Origin: Squalus acanthias
Lineage: Eukaryota
Reading direction: 5' to 3'
Length of the DNA stretch: 64,000 bases
Assembly (NCBI GenBank): GCA_030390025.1
Contig: CM059453.1
Coordinates: forward strand, 7,192,001-7,256,000
Within the stretch, counting starts at the first letter, position 1, and each line of letters starts with the position of its first letter. This document shows positions 12,801 to 24,160 of this stretch, piece by piece. Under the pieces are notes generated by a model. The model ran no database searches. It had not been told where the DNA came from and was given only the letters and a program-made list of their open reading frames with translations. A program made the translations under genes and the position numbers.

Positions 12801-13700
12801 AGCTCTTCCACCATAGTTATTATGCTGCCTGTATGGATCTTTAGAATCATAGATAATGGAGAAACCTTGGTTACCAGGAGCATGTTCCCTCTTTAACCAC
12901 GTCATATCAGCGATTCTCCGATGGACTGGATAATCAAACGTACACCAGATCTCTGCACATGAACCGGCCACCGCCGACACAACTTTTGGCATCAGCACAG
13001 ATAATTCAGCACTAAAAACAACTGCGAAAAATTAATTAGACACCCTTTAATTAGCCATTCAAAATGCATTTCAGCAACTTTATCATCCATTAAAGTATTT
13101 GTTAATTGACAAATAATCGCTCATCACAAAAGCAATTAAAATATCATGTGAAGGCCTTTTCAAAATCAAGAAAAAATTCTAAATAAAATACAAACACAAC
13201 AACTATTGAAATGATCATAGGCGTACCTATTTGATGGGAGATTTATGAATCGGTAATATACATATTTAATACTCATCTAAAAAACGAATACATATCCACT
13301 AACAAGTAAGCGAACACCCAATAAAAATTCCCATTAAATATACATTAAAATATTGATCAAAATAAATATTAAACATCTATTGAATCTCCTTTGAATCACT
13401 CAATCAATATGAAGTAAGTTTTATTAAATGCGCTTTACAATAAAATATTCTGAAAATTCCTATATTTAAATATTATTTGAATAGGCTGTATACGCTGTAA
13501 CACAACAACAACGCACGCGTTCAGCAATCATGAAATTCCTATTTCACAAGTTCTGAAATCAATAACAAAAAAATCATTCATATTCTTTATTTTGCACTTC
13601 CTTTCCCACAAGATATAAATCACTTGCAGAAATTGTAAAAAAGCATCAGAAATGTACCTTCTGTCAACATTAAGAGAGGCAGCAGCACGGAACTCATCAT
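6824..13700 (-). CDS. Siglec/MAG (CD22/CD33-related)-like Ig-superfamily type I membrane protein, 7 coding exons, ~483 aa
   Basis: Exons 13700-13658, 13021-12641, 10456-10145, 9558-9301, 8375-8088, 7263-7170 and 6899-6824 have GT-AG boundaries, compatible phases (1,1,1,1,1,2) and sum to 1452 nt = 483 codons + stop. Siglec signatures: V-set GSCAEIWCTFDYP...WLK...GRAEF...KQCTLLLKDI...DEGTY, and domain-2 LNCSVTHNCP carrying the inter-domain Cys. Confidence 0.88.
7170..7263 (-). CDS. Siglec-like gene: transmembrane exon
   Basis: Acceptor acattttag, donor AG|GTAGGT, 94 nt. Encodes GILSRTIVLIIGGGTIGLITLIAVVLTLKIK (hydrophobic helix followed by basic stop-transfer residues). Confidence 0.88.
8088..8375 (-). 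CDS. Siglec-like gene: membrane-proximal Ig domain 4 exon
   Basis: Acceptor atttcttttag, donor G|GTACGT, 288 nt. CxxxxxxxxCxCxxxANPP...ISCVAANEHG resembles the membrane-proximal domain of MAG/Siglec-10/11. Confidence 0.9.
9301..9558 (-). CDS. Siglec-like gene: Ig domain 3 exon
   Basis: Acceptor cctgtttcag, donor T|GTAAGT, 258 nt. VEGSSLLLYC...EDDGEYWCIAENAVG. Confidence 0.93.
10145..10456 (-). CDS. Siglec-like gene: C2-set domain 2 exon
   Basis: Acceptor gtttttatag, donor G|GTAAAT, 312 nt. GELIAGQTARLNCSVTHNCP...W...SSVITFTPSSAHDGKILSC. Confidence 0.93.
11200..12100 (+). mobile_element. Highly degraded LINE (CR1-like) remnants in the Siglec-like intron
   Basis: RT-like remnants (ggtgtcccacag...ataatttgga...tgtcaaaattt); boundaries approximate. 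Confidence 0.45.
12641..13021 (-). CDS. Siglec-like gene: V-set Ig exon
   Basis: Acceptor tttttcgcag, donor G|GTGAGT, 381 nt open (ORF 12555..12998). Siglec V-set Cys pattern CxxIxC...C on strands B and E. Confidence 0.93.
13658..13700 (-). CDS. Siglec-like gene: signal peptide exon (MMSSVLLPLLMLTE)
   Basis: ttttacag|ccATGATG start context; hydrophobic leader; 43 nt ending at phase-1 donor GAAG|GTACAT. Same length and context as the paralog's leader at 16072-16114. Confidence 0.85.
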
Positions 13701-15106
13701 GGCTGTAAAATGCTGTCGATTTCACTCGCAAAATGAAGAACCCAATTCACAATTTACACCATTCAGATTTCAGCATTCTTCTTTCCAGTCACTTCTTGGA
13801 TTTCTTTGCTAATCAGCATCAGAATATCGGGGAAGTCCGATTCGGTTCCTACCGATCTGTGGGAACAGTGCTCACTCAATCAACTCCGTTGGTGAGGTAG
13901 GCAGCTAACACATCTTGTACATGGGCTGCGTGTGACCGACTGTTACAGAATATGATGTTATAGTATGTTTAAACGTTGCAAAAGAATACTTAATACAGAA
14001 ACAATATCTCTCTCTCTCGAACAAACACACACAAACACCAAATGTACTGTTATTTATGATATTGATATGTTGGCGCCTTTGTCAGAATGGCACCGCCCAC
14101 GCTTGCAGACGCCTCTGACTCACATTTCACACATATTCGCTTTCTGGCAGCTAATACGAGATGAATGTTGAACAGTTGTTGACTACAGTTAGTTAGCATG
14201 CTGCAGTCTATGGACGTGTGGTTTCGTCACCTTCTTGAAGGAGCGCTCCAACATGTATCTCTGACGTCCTAGATAGGAGCTGTTTGACAGTAGACCGTTT
14301 GACGCTGTGGTAAACAGCCTTTCTTCGAAATATTTAACTCTTTACATTCACACTCAAGCTCAGTAATTTTGCAGAACTTAAGACAAATGCCAACCTATTT
14401 GTTGCAGTGCTTTTATTAAGATTTAGTTATGAGGTCTGGGACGTGTGAAATGGACTTAAGGTTCCTGTCGTAAATACAAATATTGCTGTAACAGACACAG
14501 ATAAAATTGATTGAAGCAACATTTTCGGTCAAACAGATCAGTGTTGTCAATATCGGGAGACACTGTTTTTCTCATTGGCCACCCGGTGCGGAGGGAAAGT
14601 CGGAGGACCTCCCAGTGGGTCTGCTTCTGGGCCTGGAAAAGGTGGCCATTCACAGGTCCAGGCATCACCCGGTCCAGGGGATCATTTGGTCTGACTGCCT
14701 GCCTCCCACCACGTTCGTGTGTCCCTGGAGTGGGAGCATGCCGTGATTGCCTGTATGTTTTAATTCCAGATTTATTTAATTTACTGAATTAAAATACCCC
14801 CAGCTGACATGTTCTAGCGCGATCTTTTTAAAACTACCCCGAGCTCAGGGGAATTGCGCCGAAAAGTACCGCATTCGAGCGGATACTCCAGGCCCTTGTA
14901 TTTACATATTGCCATTCACAAACACAGTACATCCAAATACAGTGTTAAACCCAAACTGAGCCCCGATGTTGACCACACATCATTTCAACTTTCGGCATCA
15001 AAGCAAACTGGATCTTGTGTGGAGCTTCATTGAGCAGGGTGCATTGCACCAACCGCCACTCTGGGATTGACCAGACATTATGGGTTATTTTATTGTTAAA
15101 GCAAAG

Positions 15107-15231
15107 TGAGACCTGGGTCTGAACACACATCCCTGAACTAGTCAGTAAAGCCAAGCTGAGACCTGGGTCTGAACACACATCCCTAAACTAGTCAGTAAAG
15201 CCAAGCTGAGACCTGGGTCTGAAAACACATC
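15107..15231. repeat. 50-bp tandem repeat, 2.5 near-identical units
   Basis: tgagacctgggtctgaacacacatccctgaactagtcagtaaagccaagc starting at 15107, 15157 and 15207. Confidence 0.95.
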
Positions 15232-16480
15232 GCAGGGATTTGTTCCCGAAGATAAAAATAGCCACATTCTTTCCAGCAGCGCTGAGACTCGAATCTAAAA
15301 TCTCAAGTTATCACTTCACAGTTCTAGCACTAAATTCAGTAAATTCATAAACCTGTATTTGTAGCAACTCGGATCTCAATGAGTTAATTTCAGCAGATTT
15401 CAGCTCGCTGGACTGTTAATATAACCAGCTGAGGTCACTTATAAAAATGGCAGTTTACGCTCTTGAAACTGTTTTCTGAGAAACACTTGAACTTTTGACA
15501 TTTCAGATACGTGTTGTGCCCCCGAACAACTGAAGGTGATCAACCCACACGTCTGCAGACAACGGCTACAGGACAAACCACGGCTTTACACTTCAAACAC
15601 TCACAGTTCAAGGGCTGATAAATAGCTCAGTGTGTGGGAGTTGAGAGTCGAGGCGTCTAGAGTTGATGTAGAAGGCTATTTTATATATTGCAATATAAAG
15701 TGCCACTGCCTGTCCTATAACTGTGCAGATGATGAGGGGGCTGGTTGTATCGCCGATCAGGTTTCTTTTGCAGTAGGTGAGCCTCATATATCCTGCAACA
15801 GCGGGCCACACACTGATGTAAACTGTTATATTTGAGGAGTCCCAGATTCCCAGCAGTTTGGATCACCAACATTTGAGGAGTGGCGAAAGCTGTGTGAGCA
15901 ACCACGGTTCCCAATGATTGGTGGGTGGCGAACAGCTGACCTCCTAATACTGTGATTCGATTCATTACGAACTCCAATATATTACTGTCGAACCGAACAC
16001 AGAAACTAAATCACTTATATCAGAGATAAAAACAATTTATGCCATTTTGATATCGTCCACCGCCTCTAGTCATGAAGAGTATTACATTTATTTCCATTCT
16101 GCTATTTAGCGCAGGTAAAATATTCATTTTTAATATTGTATGTCAGAAAGAATAACAATGTTTTAGACATAGCATACGGTTAGTCAATGATTTGTGCATT
16201 CACACAGTGGGTATTTAATGTATATTTTATTCGGAACTTTATTATGTATTATATAGGATTGATTTGATAATTACGCTATGACTTATTGGCTTGCAATTGA
16301 TTATTTAATAGAATTTAATGAGTTTTAGAGAAAATTGCACGAATTTCATTAGATGTACGAATGAATATGTTAGTGGGTGTTTAAATGTTAAATTAATAGT
16401 ATTTAACTTGACGGTCAGGGTATGTTTATGTTGCTATATTATTGCGGATTTCAATGGGTGTATAATTTCTATTTTTTCAC

Positions 16481-16864
16481 CATTTGTCCATAATTCACGA
16501 TGGTCTGTGAAGGTGCCGTGGAAGGTGTCGGCGGTGAACAGGTCATGTGCAGAGATCCCGTGCACATTTGATTATCCCCCCTATGGCCTCAGTCCACTGG
16601 GTATGTGGTTAAAGTGGGATCCTGATCCTGTAACCTCAGGGGTCTCGATTATCTATGATTCCCGGGATTCAGAAAACGTGCCCTTGAAATATAGCGGTCG
16701 AGCTGAGTTCACCGGCGAATTTATAAAGAAACAATGTTCCTTACGGTTAAAGGACATCAGCAAGCTCGATCAAGTTGCTTATTATTTCTTGTTGAAGATC
16801 ATCACCGCCCAGAATAATATAGAAAGATATTCTTCCGGATCTAAGGTCACTCTTTCTATTTTAT
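16481..16864 (+). pseudogene. Open V-set exon of the pseudogene
   Basis: 384 nt with no stop (within ORF 16318..16926). SCAEIPCTFDYP...WLK...GRAEF...KQCSLRLKDI; donor T|GTAAGT. Confidence 0.9.
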
Positions 16865-17016
16865 GTAAGTATTTGAATTGTTCCTTTATAGTTTATCTAC
16901 CATCTCCTCAGTGTCATTTAATTTGAGCTTAAATGTAAAGATTTCTTAATACTCATGGCCCAAGTTACAGGCTACAGCGGCAGGGCTGGTACACTGCATG
17001 ATACCCATGATTTTGT

Positions 17017-18610
17017 TATAGAATAGAATCATAGAATCATAGAATCTTACAGCACAGAAGGAGGCCATTCGGCCCACCACGCCTGTGCCGGCTCTGTGAA
17101 AGAGCTATACAATTTAGTACCACACCCTATGATTTTCCACAGAAATTGTAGATCAGCCTTGTTTTAGAACAGCTCTAATTGCTTTAAAAAAATTCCCATT
17201 GAATCGTATTCCACCAGCCTTTCAGGTGGTGCATTCTAAATCTTAGCAACCCTCTGGGTGAAGAAATTTCACCCCATTTCCACACAAGTTCTTATGCCAA
17301 TTGGTTTAAATGTGAGACCTTTGGATACCAACCCAAATGCCAGAGGAAATGTTTTCTCCTTATTTATTCTATCAAAAACCCTCAATTTTGAATAGCACTT
17401 TCAGTTTTCTCGTTATCCTTGTCTGCTATAAGGACAACAAGCACAGCTTCTCCAATCTCTCCACGTAACTGCACGTCCTCATCCCTGGTATTATCTTGGC
17501 AAACGGCTTCAGTACCTCCTCCAGGACCTTGACCTCCTTCCTCAAGTGTAATTCCGAGAATTGTACCCAAAACTCCAGCTGAGGCAAAACCAGAGATTTG
17601 TGAAACTTGAGCATGACTTCCTTGTTATTGTTTTCAATGCCCCTATGTAAAAAGAACCGTAGTGTCCTATGTGCTTTCTTTTTAAACGCCTGGTAAATTT
17701 AACTGACATCTTCAAATAAATGTCAATATGTACCCCATGTCCCTCTGTTCTTGCAGCCTCCCTCAAAATGGGATTATTTAGAGTATGATGCCTCTCCATA
17801 TATTTCTCCCAAACTGCATTTGTGCTTCACACTTATCCGCAGTAAATTGCATCTGCCATGTGCCTGCCCATTTTAACAGTCTGTAGATGTACTCCCGAAG
17901 TCTGCTACAATCATGCTCACTATTTAATACGTTGCCAAGTTTTGTATCACCCGCAAACTTCGAAACGTTACTCCCAATACGCAAGTCTAGGTCATTTATA
18001 TAGAAAAAGAATAGCAATGATCCTAATATCGACCCCCTGGGGGATCCCACATCGGACTTCGCTCCTGTCAGAAATGCAGCCGTTCTCCACGACTCTCTGC
18101 CTCCTATCCCTTAGCCACTTTCCTAATCACGTTGCCACCATCCCTTAAATACACTGTTCTTCTATATTCCGAATAGTCTGTTATGAGTTACTTCATCCAA
18201 TGCCTTTTGAACGTCCACATATACAACATCTACTGTACTACCTTCATCAACCCTCTCTATTACTTCATCAATAAATCAATCGGGATAGACAGTCACGATT
18301 TGCATTTAACAAAGCCCTGCTGGCTTCCCTAATAAACCCATGCATCTCCAAGTGAGAATTAATCTCGTCCTTCACAGTGTACTTATTTAGCTTTCCCACC
18401 ATTGTCGTTTGACTGATTCAGCTGTAGTTCCCAGGATCCTCCGTCTCCACTTTTTTGAACAGCGGTGTAACAGTTGAAATCCTCTAGTCTTCTGGTACCA
18501 CTCCAATATCCATGGAGGATTGAGAGATTGTGGTCAGAGATTCTTCTATATCCATCCTCGCTTCTTCAGCAACCTCGGATGAATCCCATCTGGACCAGTT
18601 GACTTGTTAT
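17017..18610 (-). mobile_element. Older degraded CR1 in the pseudogene intron
   Basis: Tail (atagaatc)n at 17017-17047; RT remnants GSILGSLLFFFYINDL...SKFAGDTKLG. Confidence 0.85.
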
Positions 18611-18829
18611 GTTTTCACCTGAACAGATATTCAGCACTGCCATTCTTACACACTTACATAAATTGGCTGTAATGTTCAGTTAGAAAGAGAAACACTTAAG
18701 GTTGTTTTCAGATGTACAGACTGGCGGGTCAAAATTCAATCCTTCGTGGATTCTGGACAAAAATTTCAAGGTTTGTACTTCTGAGGGGGAATAAGTGGAC
18801 AAGACTTAAGGATAGGAGGGATATCTCAA

Positions 18830-19075
18830 CAATGCAATAGTGACCAGATGATCTGTTTTAGGTGCTGGTTGATGCAAAATATGAACCAGGACACGGGACA
18901 TTTGAAATAATACATTGGGATATTTTACATCCACCTGTGAGGGAAGACGGGTCATCGGTTTAACGTCTCATTCATCAGATGTCATCTCCAGCATTGTAGC
19001 ATTGCATCAGTACTGCAATGGAGTGTCAGGCTACAGCTTGTGATTTAGTCTCTGAATTGGGGCTTGAAACCCTAA
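18830..19075 (-). mobile_element. Degraded Deu-domain SINE
   Basis: ttttacatccacctgtgaggg...tttaacgtctcat...cagtactgcaatggagtgtcag. Confidence 0.7.
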
Positions 19076-21899
19076 CCGGGTCTTGCTTTCTTCTGATATC
19101 TTTGCACTTTCCCGCTGTTGTTAGTGGGAACAAACGAGGATAGTTAACCTTTTCCTCTCCCTGAAGACCATCTGCAGCGCTCCTATCACGACGTTAAATG
19201 AGGTCAAATTAATTATAAGCAAGAGTTGAATTCACCCCTGTCCCACAAATGGTAAATTAAGCGTTTCACGTGACACTGAGCAATTATTCTAAGAGTATCC
19301 TAGATTCTATCCCAAATGCAGATATGGAACATAATCTTGGACCCAGTTTTCTATGTTATGTCAAACCTAATGTTGAGTTGAAGCACTTGTGTTCAATAGA
19401 GTGGTGACTGAACTATAAGAAACAGGCCAGCAATGAATAATTCATGTGATATAGTGGGTGATAATTCGGTTCAGGAACACATATATCAATCGATTGATTC
19501 CGTAACCGTTAAGTAATAACTGACAATAGGCTCCTTCCCCTGTACAATAGAGTCATAACGGCACAGAAGGAGGTCATTCGGCCCATCGAGTACTTGTCCG
19601 TCACCAGAGAACAATGGAAAAAAACAATAATTTTTATTCAAGATATTATCTGATACGTTGGGCTGAATCGCCTTGACTTTCACTCCATAATTTTATTATT
19701 TTGAAAGCCACTGTAACGTGAATTTCTTTCTCTCCTTACAGATAAGTCCTGGATATTAGTCTCTGGGGAACTGATTGCTGGACAACCAGCACATTTGACC
19801 TGCTCATTCACCACCAGTTGCCGTCCGCCAAACCTGAACTGATGTGGATTCAGGACGAGAATAAACGTCCTTCACTGCAAGAGAGTAACACTTCAAGACA
19901 CAGTGGAAAACTTTCGATGGTTCCTGGATGGTTTCATCAAGTTTCACCTTCACCCTATCAATGGACCACAAAGGGAAAAGGATGGGATATAAGCTTGCGG
20001 TTGATGTAATCGTGGGTGCCGTTCAAGAAACACTTAGACTGGACTGTAAGTAACTACTGTACGCTTCATTCTACCATCCTGTTTGTAAATATGATCCAAA
20101 CTTATCTTTATTCTCAGTGGAGTGATAGCTGGCCTGGAAAATTGAAAATTTCAAAACTGCGATGGATAGATTTTTTTTTAGTTAAGGGTATTAAGGGTTA
20201 CAATAAAGCAAAGGCGGTTAGACGGAGTTAAGATATGGATTAACCATGATCAAATTGATCAGTGGAACAGACTCGAAGTGCTGAATGGCCTATGATTCTA
20301 TAATCAATGAACCAAATTGACAATCTGAGATTTATTGTAATTTATATTTTTTAACATTGATACAGACCCGTGGAGTAATATTGGTCGCTCCGTGGTTGTC
20401 ATTTACGTCAAATATTATTCCAAAGGCTCCTAATTCCTGATATAGTTCCAGACAGAGAGTACCTGAAACAGAAGGGTCTGTGTCGAGTTGGCGGGGGCGC
20501 TGGTCCGGTTACTAAAATTGGCCGCAACAGCTCTGTTTAAGGGATGGGAAAGCCCACTGTTCTTGCTCTCGGAGGAATGGCCGCTTGATTGACTTATCGG
20601 TGGAGCAGAACCACGTCCAGGCAGTCATTACAACTCTTTGAAGAGAAGAGGAGGAAAGGTTAAGATAAAGCATGGATCTAAATAAGATTGTCGGTGGAAC
20701 ATCAACAATCTCAAGCTGGCTTTTCAATTTACAGTTGACAATATAACCACCATATCTGCTTTAATATTCTTCGTTGGTTGTCAACCGGATTGTTATTTAA
20801 ACCTCTGCTCCGTCATTTTCCTATAACACCAATGATCTTGCGTGTTTCAGATGCACTGTGGAAACCCAGCCTCAATTCCTCTATAGTAACAGTGGAAGGA
20901 AGTTCATTATTATTATACTGAACGGCCCTGGGGAACCCGACGGTCAGTTTAACATTGCTCCGAGAAGGGACACAGATCAGCAGTTGAACTAAAGCAGAAA
21001 TTTCACAGCATTAGTTCTGATGATGAGGGGGAGTACTGTTGCGTGGCTGAAAATACCCTGGGCACCGCAAACAGCTCCAATCAGATTTCTGTACAATGTA
21101 AGTGTTATGTGAACTTATTTAATTTATAAAGGGACATTAATGGTCGGTCTCAAATGTTGTTTGGTACCGCTCCTCTGAACGTTCGCGGCGCTATCTAAAT
21201 CGGTCGGCTAAGTGATGAGGAGGGGCCAATACTCTTGGCGCGCCGGTACTGGGGCCAGCGGAACCCCAAGATTTCCTTTTCGAGCAGAAGGAGCTGAATA
21301 GGACAATTAGAATGGTGGCAGTGATGAAATAAAGCGGGTTATTCTGGAATATTAAGCGCAGTCTCACCCGGTTCAGTAGCTCCACATCTAACGCACTACT
21401 TTCTGTTACAGAGACAAGACAAATATAGAAACAGTGATGTGAGTGGGGCTCCATCAAACCAGTCAGCTCAAAGTGAAGAGGTCCTGTATGCAGCTGTCAG
21501 TGTTTCAAACGTTCGACAGCAGGAGCGATATCTCCAGCAAGAGGATTCCAGTGAATAAGCCGCAATTAAAAGCAAATGAAAATCAGCGGCATTCACACTA
21601 TTCTGACAGATGGAACTGGTCAATATCTTCACACAATTGTTTTTTATGATATCGAACAGAAACTCGCACTCCGGGAAGTGCTGTGATAATGGAGATCACT
21701 CGGAGAGTAATAGCTAATATTTTAACATCTCTTTGTGAGACGATTTGATTTACAATCCCAAAGATTGTCCACTCCAAACATACTTCCGAAACGTTGCAGG
21801 AAGGGGGCGTGAATGTTCAATGTAATTTTAAACTTTTTTATCTGCTTTAATAATAAAATAACTATTTCCCAGTTCGAACTTTTATTTAATTTCGGAACA

Positions 21900-22400
21900 A
21901 AAAGAACAGAAAGACTTGCATTTCTATAGCGCCATTTAGGACGTCACAATGTGCTTTACAGCCAATGAAGTACTTTTGAAATGTGGTCACTATTGTAATT
22001 TAGGAAACGTGGCAGCGAATTTGCGCACAGCAAGCTCCCAAAAACAGCAATTTGATAATGACCAGATCATCTGTTTTTGTCATGTTGATTGAGGGATAAA
22101 TATTGTTGCATGACACCAGGGCTAATTCCCCTGCTCTTCGTCGAAATAGTGGCAATGGGTTTTCTTACGTCCACCTGTGAGGGCAGACGGGGCCTTGCTT
22201 TAACGTCTCATCCGAAAGACGGCACCTCCGACAGTGCAGCACTCCCTCAGTACTGCCACGCCGACAGTGCAGCGCTCCCTCAGAACTGCCCCTCCCAAGG
22301 TGCAGCGCTCCCTCAGTACTACCCCTCCGACAGTGCAGCGCTCCCTCAGTACTGCACTGGAGTGTCGGTCTAGATTATTGTGATCATGTTTCTGGAGGGG
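21900..22400 (-). mobile_element. Deu-domain SINE (SacSINE1/AmnSINE1-like) with an internal 33-bp tandem expansion
   Basis: Deu core tttaacgtctcatccgaaagacggcacctccgacagtgcagcactccctcagtactgc; about four tandem ccgacagtgcagcgctccctcagtactgc units at 22226-22356. Confidence 0.85.
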
Positions 22401-23774
22401 TCCCCTCCTTATTATGTTGTTAAATAGCCCTGTAGGATACCGTTGACTCTCTCTGTCGGTTGTGGGGTTAGATTTTCACACTCTCCCAGCCCAGTGTAAT
22501 AAACCTTCACCTTCCTGTCAAATTCCATCAGTTTCCTTCACTACAGCAGCTAAACTTTCTATTTATTTTGATTCCATCGGTATTCTTCTGAAAGGTTGGA
22601 ATTATAAAGAGGCGTGTCTGCGAGTAATTCAACTTGAGCTTCATGATTAGAATATTTTTCGACACGCTACCTTGACATACGATGGCAAAGAATGTATTTC
22701 ATTCTCATCCATGGCCGCACTGAGTTTGATTCGACTGAGTGGCTTTCACCAGCTACAAGCAAGTGCAGAGATTCCAACTCTGTGTTCAAACGGCAAGCAG
22801 ATAATATGCATGAAGTGAAGCAAAGAGTCACCTTGGTAAATCGCAAACCTTTACTATAATTCAACCTAATACACACAGGATGTATTGCTAATATGAACAG
22901 GCATTCCAACAGGAACTTTACAAGCTTCACTACGTTTTCCGGTTAAGATTCCACTCAGCTAGCTGAAGCTTCCTGTGCTTTCTCTGCAAAGTGGTTGAAA
23001 TGGCCTTTGGCGCTGTTCCTTCCATCGTCAGGATGTGCGCAAAGCGAACAGATCACAGCACACGCCATCTAACGGACAAAGGAAGCAAGTGCATCACATC
23101 AAGCAGAGCACATTCTCCAGCCACATCTGCTTCGGTCAACGCACCTGTACATACGTAAACAGTCTATGTTGGGGAGGGTGAGGTAAACTAGCAGTTTGTC
23201 TGCGCAAGATGCGGGATTTCTGCCCCTGTTGGACTCAGATGTGTCTGATGATACAGTGACAGATCGCCTATGTAATGCTGTCGGCCTACCACTGTGTGGC
23301 GCTGTTGGCTTGCGAAGCCTTCATTCACACAGAACATGGAACAAGCAAAAGCCCGGGCAGCAGGAGGAATCAGAGCAATTACAACAAACTGCAATTTAAA
23401 TTGCGATTGTAGAATGTCCAACAGTCTGAAAAACCAAGAACCAGTACAGCAATTAGTCTGTCCGCTGTCTAGCTCAACTGGGCTAGTGACTTAAAGTTCA
23501 GTCAGGGCTCCCGCTCCTGTTAAAAATCCCGCCGATAATCGCTTTGAATCTTGCAATCTTAGATCTGATTATTTGAGAGCTACCGGCGGGAATCACATTT
23601 CAACAAGATGTTCAGAAGGGGGCATCATTGGAAAATTGGCCGTGGAAAAATGCAGGGACATTTTCAAAATAACTCTCGGCGGTGAGTGTCGCTGGCAAAT
23701 CCGGCATTTATTGCACATCCCTAGTTTCCCTTGGGAAGTGGGTGCTGAGGCGCCTTCTTGAACAGGTTCAATAT

Positions 23775-24160
23775 TTTTGTTTATTCATTCACGGAATGTG
23801 GGCGTCGCTGTCAAGGCCAGCATTTATTGCCTATCCCTAATTGCACTTAACTGTGTGGCTTAGTCCGCCATTTCAGAGGGCAGTTAAGAGTTAACGACAT
23901 TGCTGTGGTTCGGGAGTCACATGTAGTCCAGACCTGGTAAGGACGGCAGATTTCCTTCCCTGAAGGACACTTGGGAACCAATTGGGTTTTTCCGACAACC
24001 GGTAGTTTCATGGTCAGCATTACTGTTACTAGCTTTCTATTCCAGAATTATTTAATGAACTGAATTTAAATTCCCCGGCTGCCGTGGTGGATTTGAACTC
24101 ATGTCTCCGGATCATTAGTCCAGGCCTCTGGTTTACTACTGCAGTAACACAACCGCTATG
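23775..24160 (-). mobile_element. tRNA-derived SINE with a LINE-like 3' tail
   Basis: B-box GAGTTCAAATCC on the minus strand near 24090-24101; tail tttattcattcacggaatgtgggcgtcgctg...gcatttattgcctatccctaattgc; a second tail fragment at ~23680-23763. Confidence 0.7.

Larger units (their letters stand above)
16072..21097 (+). pseudogene. Head-to-head paralogous Siglec-like pseudogene (leader, V, C2, Ig3 exons; no Ig4/TM exon found)
   Basis: Leader 16072-16114 is intact (MKSITFISILLFSA, donor G|GTAAAA). V exon 16481-16864 is open but its acceptor reads ttttttcAC. C2 exon 19742-~20045 has two frameshifts and has lost the F-strand Cys. Ig3 exon 20851-21097 has TGC>TGA at 20919-20921 and an 11-nt deletion. 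Confidence 0.88.

Noticed and set aside
6824-13700. Assigning the symbol MAG or CD22
   Set aside because: Four Ig domains, no essential Arg and no conserved Tyr tail; orthology cannot be established from this sequence.
12600-16930. V exons as rearranging Ig/TCR segments
   Set aside because: Each V exon is complete to strand G and ends in a splice donor. Scattered CACAGTG heptamers (e.g. ~11386, ~16203, ~19899) lack a spaced nonamer. The Cys pattern is Siglec-type.
20430-20720. Possible extra degraded Ig exon in the pseudogene (GK.TV...NGRLID)
   Set aside because: Resemblance to Ig3 is too weak and splice sites are unclear; would need a profile-HMM search.
22560-23500. Several short ORFs downstream of the pseudogene as missing Ig4/TM exons
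   Set aside because: No similarity seen to exons 8375-8088 or 7263-7170.
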